Source: Aquabacterium sp.
Lineage (GTDB): Bacteria > Pseudomonadota > Gammaproteobacteria > Burkholderiales > Burkholderiaceae_C
Reading direction: 5' to 3'
NCBI RefSeq assembly: GCF_048860245.1
Contig: NZ_JBLIZW010000035.1
Span: forward strand, 5,882 to 69,881
DNA: 64,000 bases
Shown here piece after piece: positions 56,535 through 64,000 of this stretch. Within the stretch, counting starts at the first letter, position 1. Each line of letters begins with the position of its first letter. Under the pieces are notes generated by a model that made no database searches, was not told the DNA's origin, and was given only the letters and a program-made list of their open reading frames with translations. A program made the translations under genes and the position numbers.

Positions 56535-57428
56535 TTATGTTCCCATCCGCGGCCAGGTTTGGGTGGTCCCTAGCTGCCTCTGCATGAATGGGATGAGGGC
56601 CCTCGCGACCGACATCGGGTCATCGGCAAACGGAAAGTGGCCGCTTTGAGGCAAGGTCACGATCTCGGCGCCGGGGAAGGTCTCGCGCTGCTGCTTGGCA
56701 TGCGACACGGAAATGTAAGGGTCCGCTTCTCCCCAAATGACCAGTGCGCGAAAGTCGTGGGGCTTCAGCATGCGGCTGAGCAGTTCGCCCTTTTCCTGCA
56801 GATCGCTGGTCGCACGATACAAACGCAAAATCGCCCGACGGGTGCCTGCGTCCATCTCCTCATACATGCGATCCAGGAATTCGTCGGGCAATCCTCTCGG
56901 GTTGCCAATCCGCATGACCGCCTTGAACCCGATTCGATTGGTCAGCGCCATCTGCAGTTCACCCAATAGTGGTGTTCGCCAGATGCGTGCCATGAAGTGC
57001 CATCGGTAGTTCTTCAGCACACCGGTATTGATCAAGGTGATGCTGCCGACGCTCAACGGGTTCATCGCAGCCCACATCAGTCCCCATGGGCCACCAAAGT
57101 CGTGCAGCACCAGATGTGCTTTCAGCACGCCCAGTTGGCGGAGCGCTTCACCCAGAAATGTTGCGCCTCCCTCGACCGAGTAAGGGTACTCGTCTGGCTT
57201 ATCGGCTTGTCCGAACCCAGGCATGTCCATCGCAATGACCCGACCCAAGGGCGCGGTCTGCTCCATCAGATAGCGCCAATCAGCGCATGAGCCCGGGTTG
57301 CCATGCACAAACACCACGGCCTCCGTGGCTTTGAGGTCGGCTCCCCCCTGCAGTACGCGGGTTTGAATGCCGCAAGCACTCAAGTGGCTCTGCTGCAAAG
57401 GCCAGCTGATCTGGGATGGAATAGGCAT
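56535..57428 (-). CDS. Alpha/beta-fold hydrolase (haloalkane-dehalogenase/epoxide-hydrolase-like)
   Basis: VFVHGNPGS and HDFGGPWG nucleophile-elbow region. The C-terminal HFPFADDP supplies the catalytic His context. Confidence 0.8.
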   Translation of the reverse strand: MPIPSQISWPLQQSHLSACGIQTRVLQGGADLKATEAVVFVHGNPGSCADWRYLMEQTAPLGRVIAMDMPGFGQADKPDEYPYSVEGGATFLGEALRQLGVLKAHLVLHDFGGPWGLMWAAMNPLSVGSITLINTGVLKNYRWHFMARIWRTPLLGELQMALTNRIGFKAVMRIGNPRGLPDEFLDRMYEEMDAGTRRAILRLYRATSDLQEKGELLSRMLKPHDFRALVIWGEADPYISVSHAKQQRETFPGAEIVTLPQSGHFPFADDPMSVARALIPFMQRQLGTTQTWPRMGT

Positions 57429-57544
57429 GTCGCAGTTCCACTTTGATGGCACGTTTAAAACGCATCATCATGAAACGGTGTCCTGCAGTGCCCGGGGGAG
57501 GACTTGCCCGCAGTTGGCGCATCATCCCCCTTAGATGAGGCGTC

Positions 57545-57754
57545 TCAGGCGGTCACGTTGTAGCCTTCGTCGGCAATGGCCGCTGCAACGGCTTCACGCG
57601 ACAGCGTGGAGGTCACCGTGACTTGCTTACCAGGCAAGTCAACGGCGACGGCCGCATCGGCATCTTGTGTTTGAATGGCCTGTGTCACTGCCTTCACGCA
57701 GTGTTGGCAGCTCATGCCCTCAACGGTCAATTGAAAAGTGCTGGCGGTACTCAT
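57545..57754 (-). CDS. copZ: Heavy-metal-associated copper chaperone CopZ
   Basis: 69 aa with the GMSCQHCVKAV MxCxxC motif. Divergent from copA. Confidence 0.85.
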   Translation of the reverse strand: MSTASTFQLTVEGMSCQHCVKAVTQAIQTQDADAAVAVDLPGKQVTVTSTLSREAVAAAIADEGYNVTA

Positions 57755-57856
57755 GGCGGTTCCAATGTCTCTGTCGGCAATAGGATGTCAACCGCTCATG
57801 CAAGCGCGGTCGAGGGATACTCCGGGATGTATTGTGAAACGATTTGAGCAGTCAGC

Positions 57857-60205
57857 ATGACGTTGAATGAGCAAACCATGAATCAAGCCGTGGCGTCAGG
57901 CTCCATTGAGTTGTCGGTACGTGGCATGACCTGTGCGGCGTGTGTCGCACGCGTGGAGCGGGCCTTGAAGAAAGTGCCTGGGGTCGATGAGGCGCAGGTC
58001 AATTTCGCCACAGAAGTCGCCACGGTCCGTCCCGCCACCGATGCCAGTGCCCCGGATGCGGACTCACTGACTGAAGCACTCATCGCCGCAGTGGCCAAGG
58101 CCGGGTACGTCGCGCACCACCAGGCGCCCGATGCGCCCCTTGACGATGCGCCCGTGTCTTGGTGGGCTGTGTGGGGGGCAGTGTGTGCGGGGCTGTTGGC
58201 CAGCCTGCCGTTGGTCCTGCCCATGCTGTGGGGTGCGCACCATTTTTGGCCCGCATGGGTTCAGTTCATGCTGGCGACCCCCGTGCAATTCATTCTGGGC
58301 GCTCGCTTTTACAAAGCGGCTTGGTCAGCCTTGAAAGATCGCAGCGGCAACATGGACCAGCTGGTTGCGCTGGGCACCACGGCTGCATGGGGGCTTTCGT
58401 GCTGGCTTTGGTGGTCTCAGTCAGGTCATGCGCATGGCGGGCATGCTGAGCCAGATCTCTATTTCGAGTCCTCTGCCGTGGTCATCACGCTCGTGCTGCT
58501 GGGCAAGGCCTTGGAGGCCCGGGCCAAGCGTCAAACCACGGCCGCGATCCGAGCGTTGCAGGCATTGCGTCCCGGAACCGTCCGTCGCGTGGGGCCAGAT
58601 GGCGCGGTGGATGTGCCGTTGCACCAGGTGGTTGTGGGGGACGAGCTCATCGTCAAAGCAGGTGAGCGGATTCCGGTGGATGGCACCTTGACGGTGGGAT
58701 CCAGCCATGTCGACGAGTCCATGCTGACGGGCGAACCCCTGCCGGTCAGCAAGGCGGTCGGCGACCAACTGACCGGCGGCAGCATGAACGTCGACGGGCT
58801 GATCCGCCTGCGTGTGACGGCCGTGGGCGGCCAAACGATGTTGGCGCACATCATCCGCAGCGTGGTGGATGCGCAAGCCAGCAAGGCCCCGATTCAACGT
58901 GTGGTGGACAAGGTGTCCGCCGTGTTTGTACCGACCGTCTTGCTGGTGGCCTTGTTGACCGGCGCTGGGTGGCTGATGGCGGGCGAGTCGATGGATGTCG
59001 CGCTGATGCGTGCCGTGGCTGTCCTGGTGATTGCCTGTCCCTGCGCGCTGGGGTTGGCCACGCCCGCAGCGATCATGGCAGGCACCGGTGCAGCGGCTCG
59101 GCAGGGCATTCTGATCAAGGATCCGGAGGCGCTGGAGACCGCGCACCGAGTGCAAGTCGTGGCATTTGACAAAACCGGAACATTGACCCGGGGTGCGCCG
59201 CGGGTCTTGGCTTTCGAAGCCTGGGCAGATAGCGGTGCAGCATGGCCTCAGCCTTTGCATCTGGCGGCAGCTTTGCAGTCGGGGAGCGAGCACCCCCTGG
59301 CCAAGGCAGTCGTGGCGCATGCGCTCGAAAGCGGGCAGGGGCCTGCCGATGTGGTGCGTGTCCAGAGCCTGACCGTGGTGGCAGGCAAAGGCGTTGAGGG
59401 CGTTGTGGTTTGCTTGGCCGCCGGCGAGCAGGCTCCGGACGCACAGCGTTGGGCATTTGGCAGTGCGCGATGGGTCAGGGAGTTGGGGGCACAAAGCGAC
59501 GACGTCTCGGCATTTGAGCACAAGTGGTCTGACGAGCAAGGGGCAACCGTTTCTGTTTTGCTGCGACAGCAGCCGAGCGATGTCTGGGTGCCCGTGGCAG
59601 GGTTTGCTTTCGGTGACGAGCTGAAGCCAGGCGCTGCCGAGGCCGTGGCGCAGTTGCACCGGATGGGTGTGCAAACGGCGCTGATCTCTGGCGATGGGGC
59701 TCGATCGGTCGAGATGATGGCGGCCAGATTAGGCATTCAACACATTTGGTCGGAGGTTCTTCCCTCAGACAAAGCCCGCTGTGTTCAGCAACTGCGAGCT
59801 GCCCAATCGACCGCACCCAAGGTGGTGGCCATGGTGGGGGATGGCATCAACGATGCTCCGGCGCTGGCTGCTGCCGACATCGGGATGGCGATGGCCAATG
59901 CCGGGGGCGGGACGGACGTTGCCATGCAGGCTGCAGGTGTTACTTTGATGCGTGGTGACCCATTGCTGGTGCCGGCAGCCATCGATGTGTCCCGCAGGAC
60001 GGCCACCAAAATCCGTCAGAACCTTCTCTGGGCCTTTGGTTACAACGTCGTGGGGATTCCGTTGGCGGCGTTTGGTGGCTTGAATCCGATGCTGGCCGGT
60101 GCCGCCATGGCCCTCAGTAGTGTCAGTGTGGTCACCAATGCGTTGCTGTTGTCTCGCTGGCGTCCGACTCGAATGGGGGCAGGGGTGGGTGTCTCGCCTA
60201 AGTGA
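57857..60205 (+). CDS. copA: Copper-translocating P1B-type ATPase
   Basis: N-terminal [19 protein letters not shown] motif ([11 protein letters not shown]), phosphorylation site DKTGTLT, and hinge [10 protein letters not shown]. Confidence 0.92.
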   Translation: MTLNEQTMNQAVASGSIELSVRGMTCAACVARVERALKKVPGVDEAQVNFATEVATVRPATDASAPDADSLTEALIAAVAKAGYVAHHQAPDAPLDDAPVSWWAVWGAVCAGLLASLPLVLPMLWGAHHFWPAWVQFMLATPVQFILGARFYKAAWSALKDRSGNMDQLVALGTTAAWGLSCWLWWSQSGHAHGGHAEPDLYFESSAVVITLVLLGKALEARAKRQTTAAIRALQALRPGTVRRVGPDGAVDVPLHQVVVGDELIVKAGERIPVDGTLTVGSSHVDESMLTGEPLPVSKAVGDQLTGGSMNVDGLIRLRVTAVGGQTMLAHIIRSVVDAQASKAPIQRVVDKVSAVFVPTVLLVALLTGAGWLMAGESMDVALMRAVAVLVIACPCALGLATPAAIMAGTGAAARQGILIKDPEALETAHRVQVVAFDKTGTLTRGAPRVLAFEAWADSGAAWPQPLHLAAALQSGSEHPLAKAVVAHALESGQGPADVVRVQSLTVVAGKGVEGVVVCLAAGEQAPDAQRWAFGSARWVRELGAQSDDVSAFEHKWSDEQGATVSVLLRQQPSDVWVPVAGFAFGDELKPGAAEAVAQLHRMGVQTALISGDGARSVEMMAARLGIQHIWSEVLPSDKARCVQQLRAAQSTAPKVVAMVGDGINDAPALAAADIGMAMANAGGGTDVAMQAAGVTLMRGDPLLVPAAIDVSRRTATKIRQNLLWAFGYNVVGIPLAAFGGLNPMLAGAAMALSSVSVVTNALLLSRWRPTRMGAGVGVSPK

Positions 60206-60261
60206 CAAGGGCTTGCACTGGCGAGTGAACCTTGATGCATGGCGTAAACTTCAGTTACCAA

Positions 60262-60338
60262 CTGCCAGTAGCTCAGCTGGATAGAGCACCCGCCTTCTAA
60301 GCGGGCGGTCGGGGGTTCGACTCCCTCCTGGCAGGCCA
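60262..60338 (+). tRNA. tRNA-Arg (anticodon UCU)
   Basis: Hand-folded. Acceptor CTGCCAG/CTGGCAG, D-arm GCTC/GAGC, anticodon arm CCCGC-CTTCTAA-GCGGG, T-arm GGGGG-TTCGACT-CCCTC, encoded CCA. Confidence 0.85.
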
Positions 60339-60373
60339 GCGGCACTCAAACCACCACAGGGCTCGCCTTCTAC

Positions 60374-61024
60374 ATGTTTGGTTCCATCAAGCGTTTGATC
60401 GGTGCGGGCGCACAGTCCAATAAAGCTGCCCATGTTTTGGCCAATTGGGCCAAAGCTGAAGGGCATGCTTTCAAGCACGTGAAGCATGCGGGTGGCAAAG
60501 GCTACGCTGTCGAATCTGCAGCAGGTTGGCGCGTGGAGTGGGGCACCTCCCAACGCCCCTACATCGTTGGCAGTGAACTGCGCTTTCGCTGTGAAACCGG
60601 TGTGGAGCCGGATGTTCAGATGGTGTTGCTGACAAAGGTTCTGGCGCAGACGCTGGAATCGGATGTATTCAGCCGCTACACCAATGCCATGCAGACACAG
60701 GTCGACACGTCCTTGCCAGACGAGATGCGCTGGCTGGCCATCCACCCCAAGGTCAGTGTGGCGGAATCAGCCACACTCAACCGCCGATTTACTTTGCTTT
60801 GCAATGCAGGTGAACAGGCCAAGAAATGGTTTGATGCTTCGTTGATTGAGGCGTTCGACCGTGCCGCCGACTGTTGGTGGAGCGATGCGCTGGTGCTGGT
60901 GATCACCCTGAATCGGGGGATGCTCACCGCCCGGATGTCCGGACAGCCTCTGGAAGTTGCCCAGCTGAAATTGGTTGGAGAGTTGTTTTCATGCTTGGCC
61001 GACAGACTGCGTGCCGCAGCGTGA
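60374..61024 (+). CDS. Hypothetical protein (216 aa)
   Basis: Clean ATG ORF, 35 nt after tRNA-Arg and 51 nt before the FimV-like gene. No motifs recognised. Confidence 0.55.
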   Translation: MFGSIKRLIGAGAQSNKAAHVLANWAKAEGHAFKHVKHAGGKGYAVESAAGWRVEWGTSQRPYIVGSELRFRCETGVEPDVQMVLLTKVLAQTLESDVFSRYTNAMQTQVDTSLPDEMRWLAIHPKVSVAESATLNRRFTLLCNAGEQAKKWFDASLIEAFDRAADCWWSDALVLVITLNRGMLTARMSGQPLEVAQLKLVGELFSCLADRLRAAA

Positions 61025-61075
61025 AATATGCAGCTTCATGCTAGAGTGAAAACTTAGGCCTTGTGATGCACCGAT

Positions 61076-63232
61076 ATGAATAAGATCAAGCGGGTATCGG
61101 CCGTAGTTCTTGCTGGAACCACATTCGCTCTGACGCCCGGGGCGTCTCACGGCTTGGGCTTCGGACGCCCGAGTAGCCATGCCATTTTGGGAGAGCCCCT
61201 GCGGGTCAAGGTGCCCCTGCGTCTTGAATCTGGCGAAGACGTGGATGACAGCTGCGTCTGGGCAGAGGTGCTGTTCGGTGAGGACAAGCTGCCTGCGGCA
61301 GACGTGTTGGTCATTGTTCAATCGACCTCGGGCGGTGAGCGTGTTCTCAAGGTCACCACCGGTCGTGTCGTGAACGAGCCCGTGGTGACGGTGACGCTGA
61401 CTGCAGGGTGCCAGGGCAAGATTTCTCGTAAGTTTGTGGCGTTTGCGGATCCTCCTGGCATGAGTGCGGCGGGGATGGCGGATGCGCCAGAAGCCTCGCA
61501 AGACACTGGGCGAGATGCTGCGCCTGCTTCGGCTGTGACCGCGCCGGCGGCGCCCGTCGTGCGGCCTTCGCGTCCGAAGTCTTTACCCAAAAAGACGGTC
61601 AAGCCAGCAGCGACATCCGGCGCTGCTTCATCCGCTGCGACACCGGACATGCCCGACGCGGCCAGTGTGGCTGCCGCCGCGGCATCGGTGCCGAATGCCC
61701 CCGTCGAGTCACCTCTTGCCAAGGCGCGCCGCTCGCTGGTCTTGAATCCGGCGCCCAAAGTTCCCAAGGTCAAGTCGGGACGATTGGTGCTGGATCCGGT
61801 CGAGGCAGACGCGACCAACGTGCCAGGCTTGCGCATGGTGCCGGGCATGGATGCGCCGCCCAAGGAAGACGATAAATCTCCCGATTTGCTGGCCCGACGT
61901 GCTGCCGCCGCGGCGCTCTGGCAAGCCCTGAGCGCATCAACGGAAGAGTTGGCGCGTAATCGCAAGCATCTGGAAGAGTTGGAGCAGCGCTTGGCCCAGC
62001 TCCAAAAGGATGGGGACACGGCGCGCGCCACCGTGGCGGCCTTGGAGGCTCGCGTCAACAAGCCCGATTCTGGCGGTGAGCGTCTGTGGATTTTGGGGCT
62101 GGGAGCCCTCAGCTTGTTGACCATGGGCTTGGCGGGTTACATGTGGAACCAGCTGCGTCGTCGTCAACGGTTGGATGAGGCTTGGTGGCAGCAGCAGGCT
62201 GCCTCTGTGCCCGCGGCTGACCTGGAACCTGTCGGTGCACTGGCCTCACGCGAAGAGGCTGTCCGCGAACCGCTTGCCTCGGCCGTTGCCGAAGTGCCGC
62301 GTGCAGTCGAAAAGGCGCAGCCTGTTTCAGCGCCCGTTGCGCGAGTGCCCATGGCATCGGTGGTGGCGAGCCACGATACGCGTTCGGTGGCTGCTGAGCC
62401 GGCACCCCCGGCGCAGAAGCCTGTGGAGCCAGCCCCGGCTACGGTGTCGAATGGTCGGCCGACTCGCCGCTTTGAGCAAGAGTCCTTGCGTGCCGTGTCG
62501 GTAGAAGAGCTGATCGACCTGGAGCAGCAGGCAGAATTCTTCATCGTGCTGGGGCAGGATGACGCGGCAGTGGACTTGCTGGAGTCGCATGTTCAGAGCG
62601 CAAGTGGCGCAAGCCCGCTTCCGTTCCTCAAATTGCTGGAGATCTATCGCCGCCTTGGGCGCCGAGAAGATTACGAGCGCGTTCAGTCAGACTTCAACCA
62701 GCGCTTCAATGCCTACGCTCCCGCGTGGGAGGCCGACCTCCAGCACGGTCATACCCTGGATGACTACCCTGGCGTTCTGGAGCGCTTGCAGGCTTTGTGG
62801 GCGACGCCCGCGCAAGCCATGGAAGTGCTTGAGAAATCGCTGACGCGGCCCGATAGTGGCGCTGAGACGTTTGAGTTGCCCGCGTATCGCGAGTTGCTGT
62901 TCCTCTACGCCATTGCTAGGGACTTGTCTGAGCGTGACACCGAGTCGCGCAGCCGAGTGGACCTGATTCTGCCCGTGACGGGTCAGGGTGGGGCGATGTT
63001 GTCCACAATCCCGCTGCCTGTCCCGGTGCCTCCGCAGGCTGACATGGAGCCGTTGATGGCAACGCGCCCGGTCAAGGCCATGCCAGAAGTCAAGCCAAGT
63101 TTGAGTCTGGATCTTCAACTCGATGATCTGGAAATCATCGAGCCGCGGAAAATGGGCTCTGCGCCTGAGCCAGGTTCGATTGACTTTGAGCACATCGACC
63201 TGCCAGACGTGCAGGCCCCGCCAAAGCCGTAA
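61076..63232 (+). CDS. FimV-like protein (FimV N-terminal domain, Ala/Pro-rich linker, coiled coil, TM, C-terminal TPR-like region)
   Basis: Signal peptide, then GLGFGRPSSHAILGEPLRVKVPL...VNEPVVTVTL...RKFVAFADPP, resembling the FimV N-domain pattern. TM LWILGLGALSLLTMGLAGYMW. C-terminal FFIVLGQDDAAVDLLESHV motif. Confidence 0.65.
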   Translation: MNKIKRVSAVVLAGTTFALTPGASHGLGFGRPSSHAILGEPLRVKVPLRLESGEDVDDSCVWAEVLFGEDKLPAADVLVIVQSTSGGERVLKVTTGRVVNEPVVTVTLTAGCQGKISRKFVAFADPPGMSAAGMADAPEASQDTGRDAAPASAVTAPAAPVVRPSRPKSLPKKTVKPAATSGAASSAATPDMPDAASVAAAAASVPNAPVESPLAKARRSLVLNPAPKVPKVKSGRLVLDPVEADATNVPGLRMVPGMDAPPKEDDKSPDLLARRAAAAALWQALSASTEELARNRKHLEELEQRLAQLQKDGDTARATVAALEARVNKPDSGGERLWILGLGALSLLTMGLAGYMWNQLRRRQRLDEAWWQQQAASVPAADLEPVGALASREEAVREPLASAVAEVPRAVEKAQPVSAPVARVPMASVVASHDTRSVAAEPAPPAQKPVEPAPATVSNGRPTRRFEQESLRAVSVEELIDLEQQAEFFIVLGQDDAAVDLLESHVQSASGASPLPFLKLLEIYRRLGRREDYERVQSDFNQRFNAYAPAWEADLQHGHTLDDYPGVLERLQALWATPAQAMEVLEKSLTRPDSGAETFELPAYRELLFLYAIARDLSERDTESRSRVDLILPVTGQGGAMLSTIPLPVPVPPQADMEPLMATRPVKAMPEVKPSLSLDLQLDDLEIIEPRKMGSAPEPGSIDFEHIDLPDVQAPPKP

Positions 63233-63235
63233 AAC

Positions 63236-64000
63236 TCAAAGCCCGTGATCGCTGCCCATGGGGGCCTGCGTGCCGGGGCCTGAGATGGCTTGCAGGATCA
63301 TGGCTTTGGTCAATCGATCCGAGATCAGCTCTGCGAACGCCAACACAAACTGACGCAGGTAAGCGCCGCGCTTGAAAGCGATGCGGGCCAGGTTGGCACC
63401 AAACAGGTGGCCCACGGGGCGCCAGATCAATTCGGCTCCCGGCGTGTTCATCGTGGGGTCGTCTTTCACCGCCATTTCGGCAACCAAACCGATGCCCAAC
63501 CCCAGCCGGGTGTAGGTCTTGATCACGTCCGCGTCGATGGCCTCCAGCACGACATTCGGATGCATGCCGCGGTGGGCAAAGGCCATGTCAATGCGTTTGC
63601 GTCCCGTGAACGACGGGTGGTAAGAGATCAAGGGCTCTGCCGCCAGGTGCTCCAGCGTGATGCGTGGAACGCTGGCAAGCGGGTGCGTCGCGGGCATCAC
63701 GGCGACGTGTTGCCACTCGTAGCACGGCAGGGTAACCAAATCGGCAAAATCGCTGAGCGACTCTGTGGCCAGTCCAATGTCGGCGACCTCGTCCAAAACC
63801 ATTTGAGCCACCTGCTCGGGCGTACCCTGATGCAGGCTGACGGCAACCTTCGGGTACTTCTTGCGCAAGGCTGCAACGGGTTCGGGCAGAACGTAGCGGG
63901 CTTGGGTGTGGGTGGTGGCAATCGACAGGGTGCCGGCATCCTGCTTGGCGTATTCGTCGCCAATGCGCTTGAGATTGCCCAACTCCCGAAGGATCACGTC
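63236..64000 (-). CDS. cysB: LysR-family regulator, CysB/Cbl-like (C-terminal part; N-terminus lies beyond the window)
   Basis: TLSIATTHTQARYVLPEPVAALRKKYPKVAVSLHQGTPEQVAQMVLDEVADIGLATE is typical of the CysB effector domain. The reading frame runs off the window end. Confidence 0.8.
   Translation of the reverse strand, partial: DVILRELGNLKRIGDEYAKQDAGTLSIATTHTQARYVLPEPVAALRKKYPKVAVSLHQGTPEQVAQMVLDEVADIGLATESLSDFADLVTLPCYEWQHVAVMPATHPLASVPRITLEHLAAEPLISYHPSFTGRKRIDMAFAHRGMHPNVVLEAIDADVIKTYTRLGLGIGLVAEMAVKDDPTMNTPGAELIWRPVGHLFGANLARIAFKRGAYLRQFVLAFAELISDRLTKAMILQAISGPGTQAPMGSDHGL

Noticed and set aside
57755-57856. Searched the copZ/copA divergent spacer for a MerR/CueR-type dyad (CCTTCC...GGAAGG) and a 19-20 bp spaced promoter.
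   Set aside because: I found only a weak ACCGC-N10-GCGGT dyad and a TTGACA hexamer with no convincing -10. No cueR gene is in the window. There is not enough support to annotate an operator.
55719-60338. Possible genomic island bounded by tRNA-Pro and tRNA-Arg and carrying copZ/copA.
   Set aside because: No integrase, transposase or phage genes are present. I could find no direct repeat of either tRNA 3' end by eye. copA/copZ composition looks native. Only the first roughly 700 bp looks compositionally odd, and that is reported separately.
1-64000. CRISPR arrays, IS elements/transposases, integrons, rRNA, prophage or obvious defence-system genes.
   Set aside because: No repeat-spacer periodicity, no transposase or integrase-like translations, and no nuclease/ATPase defence signatures were seen in any frame. 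I read by eye only, so short or degenerate repeats (REP-like elements) could have been missed.

Overview
High-GC (roughly mid-60s % by eye) chromosomal segment. Gene content and order look like a betaproteobacterium (Burkholderiales/Comamonadaceae-like); this is inference from protein signatures only. The window is densely coding and mostly core or housekeeping: a hybrid histidine kinase, edd-eda-pgl, thiolase, leuA, argA, hrpA, an Mla-like ABC system, copZ/copA, tRNA-Pro(UGG), tRNA-Arg(UCU), a FimV-like protein and a partial cysB-like gene. I saw no transposase, integrase, CRISPR array, rRNA or obvious phage genes. Four multi-gene loci stand out. (1) 32.5-44.0 kb holds a poorly understood transglutaminase / circularly permuted ATP-grasp / alpha-E locus. 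It is present as two paralogous modules (one fused, one split) plus a giant transglutaminase-DUF2126 protein, and it is interrupted by an opposite-strand chemoreceptor gene. (2) 4.9-12.9 kb holds a translationally coupled 9-10 gene lipid-modification operon (FAD oxidoreductase, DUF1365, CFA-synthase-like methyltransferase and accessory genes). A TetR gene is transcribed divergently from it, with palindromes in the AT-rich spacer. (3) 13.6-17.3 kb holds a copper cluster made of a small Cys/His-rich secreted protein, a TolC-family lipoprotein, a Tat-exported multicopper oxidase and a CusF-like protein, with no RND pump or membrane-fusion genes. (4) 21.9-25.0 kb holds a desaturase / ferredoxin-reductase / TetR trio resembling Pseudomonas desCB-desT. 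Smaller points include a short BLUF photoreceptor gene in a lower-GC patch, a lipoprotein coupled to LrgA/LrgB, and back-to-back divergent edd/pgl starts. Many long opposite-strand ORFs in the track are high-GC shadow ORFs and were not called. Several N-termini were trimmed from the ORF track using signal peptides, RBS and stop/start overlaps.
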